NCBI RefSeq assembly: GCF_964194025.1
Contig: NC_134472.1
Coordinates: 67,208,001 to 67,272,000, forward strand
Length of the DNA stretch: 64,000 nt
Direction: 5' to 3'
Source of the DNA: Convolutriloba macropyga
Taxonomy: Eukaryota
Part shown: positions 53,540 through 64,000 of the stretch, piece after piece
Layout of the letters: every line of letters begins with the position of its first letter
How positions within the stretch are numbered: the first letter of the stretch is position 1
Notes under the pieces: generated by a model
Seen by the model: the letters and a program-made list of their open reading frames with translations, nothing else
The model's database searches: none
Told to the model about the DNA's origin: nothing
Position numbers and translations under genes: made by a program

Positions 53540-54009
53540 TCACGGAGGCGGTGGGGGGGGGGGGGGGCAGTTCCCATTCTTCGACCTCCCTCCATTGTAC
53601 CTTCTACTTACTTCTGCACAGTCTTTAACCACGCCATAGTTCAACCCATTTGAAGTTCCACATACACCAGTTGTTGTTTTTACACGTCCCGTGGTTAGGT
53701 TCCCATAACAAGTTTCCTCATAAATTGGGGACCACGCATTGCCGATCGTTTCATTTCGAGTGACCACTTTCAATCCCAGATTGCAATGCTCAGCTTGATA
53801 GTTCTCGAATGCCTGGAACTCATTGCAAGCAAGACCAGTTCTCTTTTTCAAAGAATAGAGCGAAGTGTGTTCTCGTATCAGGAGCTTAGAGCTCTTCAGT
53901 CCTTTCTCTTCGTATCTGTCACAATAATTGTTGCCTTTGCCAGCTGAATATTTTTCTATTATAAACACATCGATGTTTTTCCGTTTGAGCCCGCATGACG
54001 CAAATTTTC
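53540..54009 (-). CDS. Cys-containing exon, probably the second exon of the PAN-domain gene
   Basis: 169-codon ORF with coding-like composition; candidate acceptor ccaaag|GA; the terminal poly-Pro comes from a G homopolymer. Confidence 0.45.
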
Positions 54010-54411
54010 CTTTGGTAGAATTTATGGGGGATAAAACTAAAAACTTCAAAAACGTCGAATGTCCAAATATATACTAGATTTACATATATAAATTCCTATA
54101 TGCGTAAACCTTGATCGCATATTTCATTTGCATCAAATTGTACACTAATTTTAGACTTGGTGCATGTGATTGATATCCATTTCGATTATTAATATTATCA
54201 AAAAGCAGCTCTGAGACAATGCAAGTTAGAGATATTACAAACTAAAAAGTTAGCATTTCTAGAATCCCATTTCAAAAAGTTTTAGGAGTGTGCATATAGC
54301 GAAAATTTTCAAGCTGAAATTTTGTGGACATTGCTAATATCAATTAAAACATTTCAAGGCGGTTCCCTCAAACCCGATTAACGCAATAAAGTACTGAAGT
54401 GTACCTACCGC

Positions 54412-54699
54412 CTAATGGCTAATCAAAGCAATGCAATATGCTGTAAAAGCTGGCAAAGGAAAAAAGCAGTACCTGTAATCGACAAAGAACAATTCACAAA
54501 CTGATAAACCATAAGCTAAACTCACACAATCGGCACTAGTGATGCACATCATTGCACAATGATGCTTACTCACACCTCGCGACCAGAATGTCAGAAACCC
54601 CGGTCGAATCGTAAAACTTTTAATCCCATTGAAAAGCCCAACTCTTTCGATACAAAAAGCAAATTTAGCTAACAGAACTGATATTTGTATGAATCTCAT
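54412..54699 (-). CDS. Secreted PAN/Apple-domain protein, first exon
   Basis: Signal-peptide-like MRFIQISVLLAKFAFC; PAN-type Cys pattern CAMMCITSADCVSLAY...CEL. Confidence 0.55.
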   Translation of the reverse strand: MRFIQISVLLAKFAFCIERVGLFNGIKSFTIRPGFLTFWSRGVSKHHCAMMCITSADCVSLAYGLSVCELFFVDYRYCFFPLPAFTAYCIALISH

Positions 54700-54963
54700 T
54701 TCAACGTTATATCGGTTATAGCAAGATAATTCCACTCGCAGTTTCTGGTTTTCCGTAATACGCTATTAAACTAAACCTTTGAAGATAATTAAAGAAAGAT
54801 GAATAATTGAATAGTCGCAATTATTTAAATCTATATCAATTTCACGCTCTCAAACCGGACACCGAAAATATATTTAAAGAACTAAAGCTAATGATCACGC
54901 TCAAAAAATCTGATATAGTTTTCAACAAGTTAAATTTCACATTTCAAGCAAAAATAAACAAAT

Positions 54964-55391
54964 TCATTTTCTACAAGCTACCGGTGGAAAAGAAAGGAAC
55001 TTTGAAATAGGTTTTTCCGGATCATAAACAACTGTAATTCTTCTCTTGTTTGGTTTTCTTCCGAACCGGCCAGTTTTCCTTTTCCACCAACCACTTTGAG
55101 GTCTAATTCCCATCCATCGTTTCCGCTTGCCGCTTCCAATTGGCTCCCGTTTTGGTCCCGTACGGGACACTCGGCCAATCACGGCTAAGCAATGTTTGCT
55201 TAATACAATATGTCGCTTATCCGATAGCTTCACGACTACCATGTCATTTTCCATGTGGTCACCCACAGTGGCATAAGCTCCGGCAGCTCGACATTTTACA
55301 GCTCCCGTTCTTGGGTAGAGTTCCAATTGTGATATTAATGTTCCGGGGGCAATTGCACCGAGAGGATGAGCGTCGCCATCTTTTAATCGCT
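54964..55391 (-). CDS. MRPL2: MRPL2 exon 3 (uL2 C-terminal domain)
   Basis: tttag|AG then RLKDGDAHPLGAIAPGTLISQLELYPRTGAVKCRAAG...IGRVS...RWMGIRPQSGWWKRKTGRFGRK. Confidence 0.92.
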
Positions 55392-57639
55392 CTAAACACA
55401 TACAAGGATTGAATATGTTTTAAGAAATATTAACTCGGTGAAGATGCATAGCATCTTTTATACTATCGAGTTGCATAATGATCAGGCCAATAGTTCATTG
55501 ATCTTTCTTAAATTAAATTTAATTTTAAACATATTGCAACAAAAATAGACCGTTGAGACACCCCATATAAAAAAGAACACCAAGACCAAAGAAAAATGAT
55601 ATTCTGATTTCGAGGTATAGTTTTCATTTCGAAATTCAAACACATATTTCAAGCACTACTACAGCCTTATAATTATCAAGCTTGGCTGTAATCTATTTAG
55701 AGTTGAAATTTTCATTTAAGATTTATTAAGCCAATTCAAAGATCATCTTATTGAGTGAGGTAAAAGAAAATTGAGGCGCAAAAAATTATAGAACGATTGA
55801 CTTAACAATTCAGAATAAAAAATGACGCCAACGTACACAAACTCAGCTGCTGCTCTTCAAAAAAATCACTCTCTGAATTCTTGGAGCGTGCTCAAATGGA
55901 CGTAAGCGAAATACAGGAAAAATTTGAATAAAAAACTCTGAAGATTGCCGGAAAAAAGCTGCCAGATTCCCAAAACCCCAATTGGGATTGAAAGAATAGA
56001 AAATGACTTTACAAAAAATACTTGAACTGCAAACTATTTTGATGTCATTTTGTACTTGAACATACATCTGTTTCGTAATGAGAGAATACAAGGGCTACTA
56101 ACAGAACCAATCAGCAAGCGAGATGACAACTAAAACTTACAAAAACGAAATTCCAGTAGAATGTATCCAAAATTGGGCTTTAAGGGTTTACCTCGTTTCT
56201 AATTTTGATTCCATTTTTCGATACTGACACTCGGTTATTTTGCTGAAAAACCGTTGTTTAAAAGCACTTCGCACAGAATGAGAGAAGAGTAAAACTAGCC
56301 TAGCGACGTCTATTCTGGTCTAGCCTAGTCTAAAAAGATTTCGAGCAAAGGTAAAGGTAGAGCAAAACATTTCTGTTCGATAAAGTAAAAGCTGGGGCTG
56401 CTATTATAGCCAGCTGCGGTTTGCCCAAAAATCTTTTGCATTTAGCCCCAAACAAGCAGTGGGAAAAAACTTTGATGACTACTAAGTTTTCAGCATCTCT
56501 ATTACATGGATCACCTAACATTTTTTAAAGGTTACACAAACCTGAAAAATTAGCAAGTTTCCCCTCCAAGAATCAGCAATTGGAACCTAACCAAATGCTT
56601 AAAAGCGAGGTGAACAATACACACAGCTGGATAGACAAGAATAAAAAATGCCTAGTTGGTTGGAGAAAATGCAGCAGAAAACAGTGACAATTTTTTTTTA
56701 GTTTTTTTTGCATCTCGGGAGCAATTCAGATCTCTTGAACGTGTTTAATGTAAACTAAAGCTTTCTATATTTTTAAATTGCTCTGTAACAGCCTTGGGCT
56801 CTGATTTGGTGTAAAATTTAGTGAACAGATTAAGCTTCAGGTTATAAAAATTTTTAATTTTTTCCATTCTCTTTCATTAACAATAGGGCTATCCCCATCT
56901 GCTTTGCTCTAAGAGCAGATTTTAAAGGTAAGAGAAAACTCGACAGACTCTTGCTACCATCATTTCATTTCTACTCAATTGTCAACGAATTGATCAAAAA
57001 ATTACCATGCCTCTTAAAATTTTACGATTGCATTACAATAATGAATGTAACTAAACTGTGGACGGCAGAAAATCCGAAAACTATAGTTTTTGTCTATAGG
57101 AATAGGATAAAACACCAAACTCTTTGCTCTGAAAAAAGTCTTCAAAATCAATATCAGTATCCTTTAACAGAGAGAAAAGAAATCTCAACTGTTCTGAAAT
57201 AGTTTTGAGAAAAAGGACTCCTGAACAAATTTGCCGAAAACTGATGGAATATGACAGCTGTTATTTTGTCTTCCTAGCTAGCTCTGAACAAACAAATTCA
57301 GGAAGAGAAAAAGCTATAACGTCAACAATGGAGCCTTTGCTCCACTTCTTAACAAATTGCCCGTAACAAAACTGAACGTCAGCAACACTGAATAAAAACA
57401 ACTTTTAGAAAAAAAAACAATAAAAAACAGTCAAACAAATTGCCACAAGTGTAAAGTTAGTACAGTTAGTGCAAAATTTACATAACAGAATCACTCGCTT
57501 ATTCGCTCCACATCCCGTTTAGGTGTGATCAAAACTTCAACCTCAAAACTCATCAATAAGTAAAAACAAATCTTTAACAACAACTCGACACAAAGCGAAC
57601 TATTTTATTTGTAAAAAAAATCAGATAATTTGGTGGATA

Positions 57640-59280
57640 TATTTTTTGTCCCATGATCAATACTTGTTTTTTCGTAATGCATGTCTCACTAAGATCATGC
57701 TCAATGAAACTTGAAAATTTCTCACAGAATTTACTGGCTTCCATTTGATATGAAACAGTCAAAAAGACAAAACAAACACAAACTTATTCGTTTACCTTAT
57801 TTTCAATAAAAGCTGAAGTGTTTTAATTTGATGTACGGTTCTCGTCCGATAAGATTCAGGTATACGAAGTAGCGTCCTCTCTGATAACTGAGACTACCTG
57901 ACGCACTCTGACTCAATGAATGGGCTTTTCTGTCCATCAAATTTCAGTTCCTGTTGCTTACATTTTTTGACCTTAACAGTATTAACTAAATTGTCTAAAA
58001 TATTAAGAACTTATATTAAACTCATTTCAGAAAAGAGCGAGTGAAGTTTGTTCGGCTTAAAACACGTGAAATTTGTAAACTATGTGAAACAAAAATTAGA
58101 GAAAATTTTTTAACAGACATGAATAACTTTCATATGTGATCTTCAACAGATCTTCGAACACAAATGACCAAATAAAAAGATAACAGATAAAAAAGTTTAG
58201 CGAAATTGATTTCATCAAAGGTTTTGAAAAACGTGCCACCAGAGCTATTTAAAAATGTAAATAAAATTAAATCTTTTATAAGCAAAATTATCACTTATTA
58301 GAAAGCATAATTTTTTTTGAGATAACACAAAAAGAAGGCACTGCAAAATAAACAAACACAGCGACAAAAAATTCATTAGAATAAAAACAAATGGTCTCGA
58401 TATCAAAACACCAATCGCTAACAGCTATTAGAATAGCTACAAGCTATAAGTATATTTAAAAACTAATAGAATAGTTGCAAGCTTACAGTATAGTTACTAG
58501 ATAATACCTAGTTTCAATAGAAAGCCATCCGTCATGTCAAAATTGAGACCAAAAGACTACACCAAAAGCACGGTCAAAATTGAAAAAAAAACAATTATTA
58601 TTTTTTGGAAGCAGCCGTTCCTAAAATAAAAATCATTATCTACTGAATTAGAATATTACTGAGTCTAAAACAAAAAGAGCTATGAAAACGGTTAGATAAA
58701 AAGTTTAGCGAAATTCAATTTCACCAAAGGTTTTGAAAAACGAGCCACCAGAGCTTAAATTGTAACTTAAATAAAATCTTTTTGAAGCAAAATTAACACT
58801 TATTAGAAAGCATAAAAACTTGTTTAATAATACAAAAGATGAAACTGCAAAATAAATAAACACAGCGACAAAAATGCATCAAGATAAAAAATGGTCTCGA
58901 AGTCAAAACACCAAAATAAATTAACACAGCGACAAAAATGCATCAAGATAAAAAAATGTTCTCGTAGTCAAAACACCAATAGCTAACAAGTATTAGAATA
59001 GCTACAAGCTATAAGAAAATTGAAAACCAATAGTATAGTTACAAGCTTACAGTATAGTTACCAGATGAAACCTAGTTTCAATAAGGCCATCAGTCATGAC
59101 AAAATTGAGACCAAGAGACTAAACCAAAAACACGGTCAAAATTCAAAAAAAAAACAATTATTATTTTCCGGAAGCAGCTGTCCCTAAGATAAAATTATTA
59201 GCTACTGAATTAACTGAAAAACGAAAAAGCAAAAACACCCCAGAATTTTATGAAAAAAAGTTCGAATTCAAATAAACCGT
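57640..59280. repeat. Composite repeat in MRPL2 intron 2, duplicated upstream of the gene (~61945-64000), with an internal ~510-bp tandem
   Basis: 57690-58180 matches ~62000-62500; 58185-58650 and 58694-59280 both match 63408-64000. Confidence 0.85.
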
Positions 59281-60608
59281 TAGCTGACTTTTGATGAATT
59301 CACCTGAAGTTCAAAAAATCTAATTTACAAAAGAATACTTTTTAATGAGGAACAAATAAAAAATGTGTTGTTCAATCAAGACTATTTAATTTCAAACAAA
59401 AAAATAGAAAAGCGTTATTAAGCTCACAAATATGTCCAAAGTTTAAAAAATCTGCAATAAATGAAAATTGCACAGGAGCTTAAGGCTTGAATTCAGTTCA
59501 CAAAACAACAGCTCAATGGCAAATATAGCAAAGCTAGACTAAAAGTCCTAAACAAGTAAAAAATGAAAAACCTTCAAATTAGCGTAAAACTCCATTAATC
59601 AAAACAAGCCCTAGATTACAATAATTTGTGCAATGAAAACTTTTTCAAAAGTTATTGATCTCCTCAACTTCCAGTTTTGGTCGCCATCAAAATAAAAACA
59701 TCGCGGGAAGCGTTCTAGAAATGCCTCGAATTCCTCTGTGCCAAAAAAAAACTATCTTTTTAAATAAGCAGATTAACTAGAAGATTGCTGGAAAGCAGAC
59801 AAAGAATCAATTTAGTTTTCAAATAGTATAAGTACACATACAAGCGAAAAACATTGATTGATGCAATCGAGGCCACGGGACTACTCACCCATTATTAGAC
59901 AAGCTAAAATGAGTTGAAAAACAAGTCTAACATTGAAAATTTGTAACAAATCTCTTATTATCAGACATTTTACTGAAAACTGCTTTGCACACAAAAACTA
60001 AAACAATTCGTACTGCAAAACGCCTACGAGCCCTAAGGTTCTATTCAACTGCCAATAAATGCAATATAACCAATGCAATGAGCAAAATATTGCTTAAATA
60101 CCCCAAAAATCCGCAAAGAAAGCCTTCAAATTAGCATTAAATTCCCCTGAATGACCAAAAAGCTTCAAAACGCATTTGGAACAAAATGAATATTATTACT
60201 TTGGTCTACCTTTTAGGTAACAAACGAAATTTAGGGGTAGAAAAATATCTTCCAAAGTCCCCAAGTGAACAAAACTCATTGGCTTAGCGAAACTTTATTC
60301 ACACCTATATTTCTCGCACTTTCAAAAGAACGAATGAACAAAAAACCACTGGCTTTGATTTTGTTCACCACAAGAACTTTTTCAAAATTTATTTACTTCC
60401 TGAACTTCCGATTTTTTTGCTCGCCCATTTATCACAAAACAGAAAACGATAGCGCGACAATTCAAATCAAATTCTCTTTGTAAAAAACTAAGAGAAGACC
60501 AATTACAGCTCACTATCGCAGGCCATTAACAAGTGTCTCATTGTCCCGACGTCATCTTTGTCTTAAAATGATCTGCATCAGCTAAATGAAAGCAAAATTG
60601 ATTCTAAC

Positions 60609-60835
60609 CAAAAGTTTTGGGAATTTTGCGTGTGCTTTTGACAACGTCTCCAACTTTCATTCCATCGTGAGCCAGCACGTATCTCTTGTCAACACCACTG
60701 GCAACTAAAGCCAAAAATGCAGTTCTGTACAGATCCCTTCCTATCCAGAGCACCTTTTCTTCCAGATCACCCTCTTCAGAATGTCCCAGGCGATTGAAAT
60801 CAACCCAGTGGAACCATTTCTTCTTACCACCTCCT
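60609..60835 (-). CDS. MRPL2: MRPL2 exon 2 (absent from the ORF track)
   Basis: ttttcag|A then GGGKKKWFHWVDFNR...EEKVLWIGRDLYRTAFLALVASGVDKRYVLAHDGMKVGDVV (uL2 RNA-binding domain); donor G|gttaga. Confidence 0.9.
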
Positions 60836-61178
60836 CTGAAAAATAACTGTTATATATCTACAACGCAGAACTTGAGCGGAACTGAAATCCCAGGAGAATT
60901 TGTTTCTATATTACTATATTCGGGCTTAACCGGATAAACCGATTCAGCATAATTGCAATCTTAAATAAGTGAAAATACTGTTTTAACGCTCAGATAGACC
61001 TCCTCTCCTATTTCTTGGCAGATTATGCAAACCATTATCAGTACATGCAAGACTAAATAGTTTGTTCACACCTACAAAACTTCAAAACTTATCTCAAGTG
61101 GTCAAAAAATCTCGTCTCGAGTTTTCCGATCTTTCCTATTATAGCCCCTTCCCCCCCCCCCCCCCCCAATTGCCATGC

Positions 61179-61209
<31 letters not shown>

Positions 61210-61288
61210 AGGGGGCCTTAGGTTATATGTCCTACCACTACGCTAAGGGTGGGGGAGCGCTATAATGGGAAAGACTCTTGTATCTTGC

Positions 61289-61695
61289 CTGTGGTGGACA
61301 GCAATTCTACCCGTGTTTGGATCCCGGCCTCCAGTTCTGTTCACAGGCAGTGGATCAATAGTATACTCTACAGGAAGCTTCACAGAAGACTCCCGTTCAG
61401 TCAGAGTACTCTTGGCGAACTTTTGCAAGTCGATTTCTACTGGAAGCTTTTGCTGCATTCTATGCACGTGTGTTTTCAGATTAGAGTAGCCAGTTACTCG
61501 GAAGACCTTTTTGAACTTCATTGTTTTCCCGGGATATTCGTATGATATTTTCCATCCGAAATAGTCAACGTCTCTGAGAGAACAGGTTGGAATAAGAAAA
61601 GAGTTTCTAGTTTTAAGCAAAGAATTTCTGGTAATTTGGGATAGAGTGAATGAGCTAGAAGCAACAGTTTTCAAAGCTGCACAAGATGAAGCCAT
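61289..61695 (-). CDS. MRPL2: Mitochondrial ribosomal protein L2, exon 1; model join(61289..61695, 60609..60835, 54964..55391), 353 aa
   Basis: Basic, Ser-rich presequence then YTIDPLPVNRTGGRDPNTGRIAVHHR (uL2 motif); ends at AG|gcaaga. Confidence 0.9.
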
Positions 61696-62504
61696 AAGAT
61701 TACTAGTCGCATAAACTCCTGAAAAATTGCAATTAATCAAAAACCACAGCTTCAAAAAACCTTTTATCTTGATAACTACAACATTTGTAGAAAACTTTCG
61801 GCGTAGAAACGAATTAATTCAGACGTTAATTAAATCCAGCATTCAAAATTATCAAAAAAATGCGACAGGAAAAAACAAAAAATATCAAATACAAATACAA
61901 GAAAGCTGTAAAAATTAGAGCTTAAGCGAGGATTAAAACAGAAAAAAAAACAATATTCTTTGATACAAGTGCTGACATTTATTATTGTATGTTTGATTGT
62001 CTCATGCTCAATGAAGCTTAGAAAATTTCTCACAAAACCTACTGTCTTTCATTGGATAGACAAAAAAAACACAAACTGTCATTCGTTTACCTTAATTTCA
62101 ATAAAAGCTGAAGTGTTCTAATTTGATGTGCTGTTCTAGTCCGATAAGATTCAGCTTCTAGACCGAATGATATTGAACCTCATCATAATACGAAGTAGCA
62201 TCCTCTCTGAAAACTGAGACTATCTGACGCACTCTGACGTAATGAATGGGCTTTTCGGTCCATCAAATTTCAATTCCTGTTACTTAGAATTTTTGACCTT
62301 AACAGTATTAACTAAATTGTCTAAAATATTAAAAACTAATATTAAACTCAATTCAGAAGAGAACGAGTAAAGTCTGTTAGACATAAAACACATGAAATTT
62401 GGAAACTATGTGAAACAAAAATTAGAAAATTTATTAATAGACAGGAAAAACTTTCATATGTGCTCTTCAACAGATCTTCAAACACAAATGATCAAATAAA
62501 AAGA

Positions 62505-63403
62505 ACATAGCTGGCAGATTTCCAGAAAATAGCCGCAATAGCTTTGTAGATCTGCAGTCTCAAAAAACAGTAAAAAAAGACCAAAAAAATTAGTCTTTTC
62601 ATTGAATGCGTTGTTATAATATGATTACGAATCTGTATGTTATTCCTGCCTCTATAGGCTGCTCTCAAATAACCTTCATTTAGAGTGACACACATTCACT
62701 TGACCTAATCTCTTTGAATTAAAGTAAATAAAAGTCAATTTCAAAGTGAGAGAGTCATTTTTGAGAGTGAGGTGTGAGTCACGTGTGATCAAAAGATTAA
62801 TCACGCGAATGAACAAAAAACTCGCTCCATTAAGAGCGAAAAATGACGTCACGCACACACTTCAGTTGAAATTGCAAGACCAAATGCATAAAAAGCAGAT
62901 TTGAAGTGATTGTGAGGTCATAAGGTCGCAACAAAACTTGACGACGAAATAAAAAAAAACATAGCAGGACAAGTCCTGACGTACAATTCAAAGAATTTTC
63001 ATTGACTAAACAGAAAACTAGATCTCGAACCGACTATGAATGAATTGGAAAAACCATTTAGAAAAAATCCGATCCCAAAAAAATTGAAAAAACAGTAAAA
63101 ATCAAAGTGAAATTGCCGCATGTGAACAAAAAACCACTAGCGAGAAAGCGAAATTTAGTTGAAGCACCGTTTTCTCACTCTACTTTAAATTTAGAGCGAA
63201 AAAATTTCACGCCGCGAAACCACTCGCTTTTTCGCTCCACTTCCTGTTTCGGCGTGACCAAAATCACTATTGCAATTTGACTTCAAAATCATAAAATTGT
63301 GTGAACAATTCTTAAGACAGCGCCCCAATACAATTCAAATTCTTTAAATTTTAATAAACAAGAGAAGGCCAATAATAGCCCCAGCTATGGCTGTGCAGTT
63401 ATT
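62505..63403 (-). mobile_element. Helentron-like copy C, with a nested insertion at ~62960-63360
   Basis: Matches copy A at both ends; the paralogous empty site is at 58180/58181. Confidence 0.65.
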
Positions 63404-64000
63404 AATAACAGATAAAAAGTTTAGCGAAATTCGATTTCACTAAAGGTTTTGAAAAACGTGCCACCAGAGCTATTTAAAAATGTAACTTAAATGAAATCCT
63501 TTAAAGCAAAATTACCACTTATTAGAAAGCATAAAAATTTGTTTAATAAAACAAAAGGATGACATTTCAAAATAAATAAATACAGCGACAAAAAAGCATC
63601 AAGATAAAAAATGGTCTCGAAGTCAAAACACCAAAATAAATTAACACAGCGACGAAAATGCATTGATAAAAAATGGTCTCGAAGTCAAAACACCAATAGC
63701 TAACACGTATATAAAAGCTACAAGCTATAAGAAAATTGAAAACCAATAGTACAGTTTTAAGCTTACAGTATAGTTACCAGATAACACCTAGTTTCAATAA
63801 GGCCATCAGTCATGTCAAAATTGAGACCAAGAGACTAAACCAAAAGCACGGCCAAAATTCAAAAAAAAAACACAATTATTATTTTCCGGAAGCAGCTGTC
63901 CCTAAGATAAAGTTATTAGCTACTGAATTAAATGAAAACGAAAGAGCAAAAAGACTCTAGAATTTTATGAAAAAAAAAGTTCAAAGTCACATAAACCGTT

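Noticed and set aside
25114-54414. TAG reassigned to a sense codon
   Set aside because: TAG ends the zinc-finger gene naturally, and more than 1500 codons of long exons contain no internal TAG

Overview
AT-rich, intron-rich eukaryotic (animal-like) genomic DNA; no prokaryotic operons, CRISPR arrays or rRNA. All recognisable host genes lie on the minus strand. In transcription order they are: MRPL2 (3 exons, first intron GC-AG), a PAN/Apple-domain secreted-protein gene or pseudogene, a SIVA1-like gene, a probable unresolved multi-exon gene, a long TRAPPC9/Trs120-like gene (~26.1-9.9 kb), and a ~655-aa disordered nuclear protein with a C-terminal zinc finger. Mobile DNA includes a decayed full-length Ty1/copia element (40307-45741) with a half-tRNAiMet PBS and apparent TA...TA LTR ends, inserted into an old LINE; a Helentron/DINE-1-like non-autonomous family whose termini co-vary between copies; a tandem cluster of tRNA-derived SINE-like units; MITE-like palindromes; and many local duplications. 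The most interesting leads are a possible spliced CRESS-virus-like Rep remnant inside a TRAPPC9 intron, a 100-bp-arm hairpin downstream of TRAPPC9 whose mismatches are mostly G-U on the transcribed strand, a hairpin-masked poison micro-exon in SIVA1, and a templated-insertion patchwork that copies the copia PBS. All homology calls come from motif recognition by eye; no searches were run.
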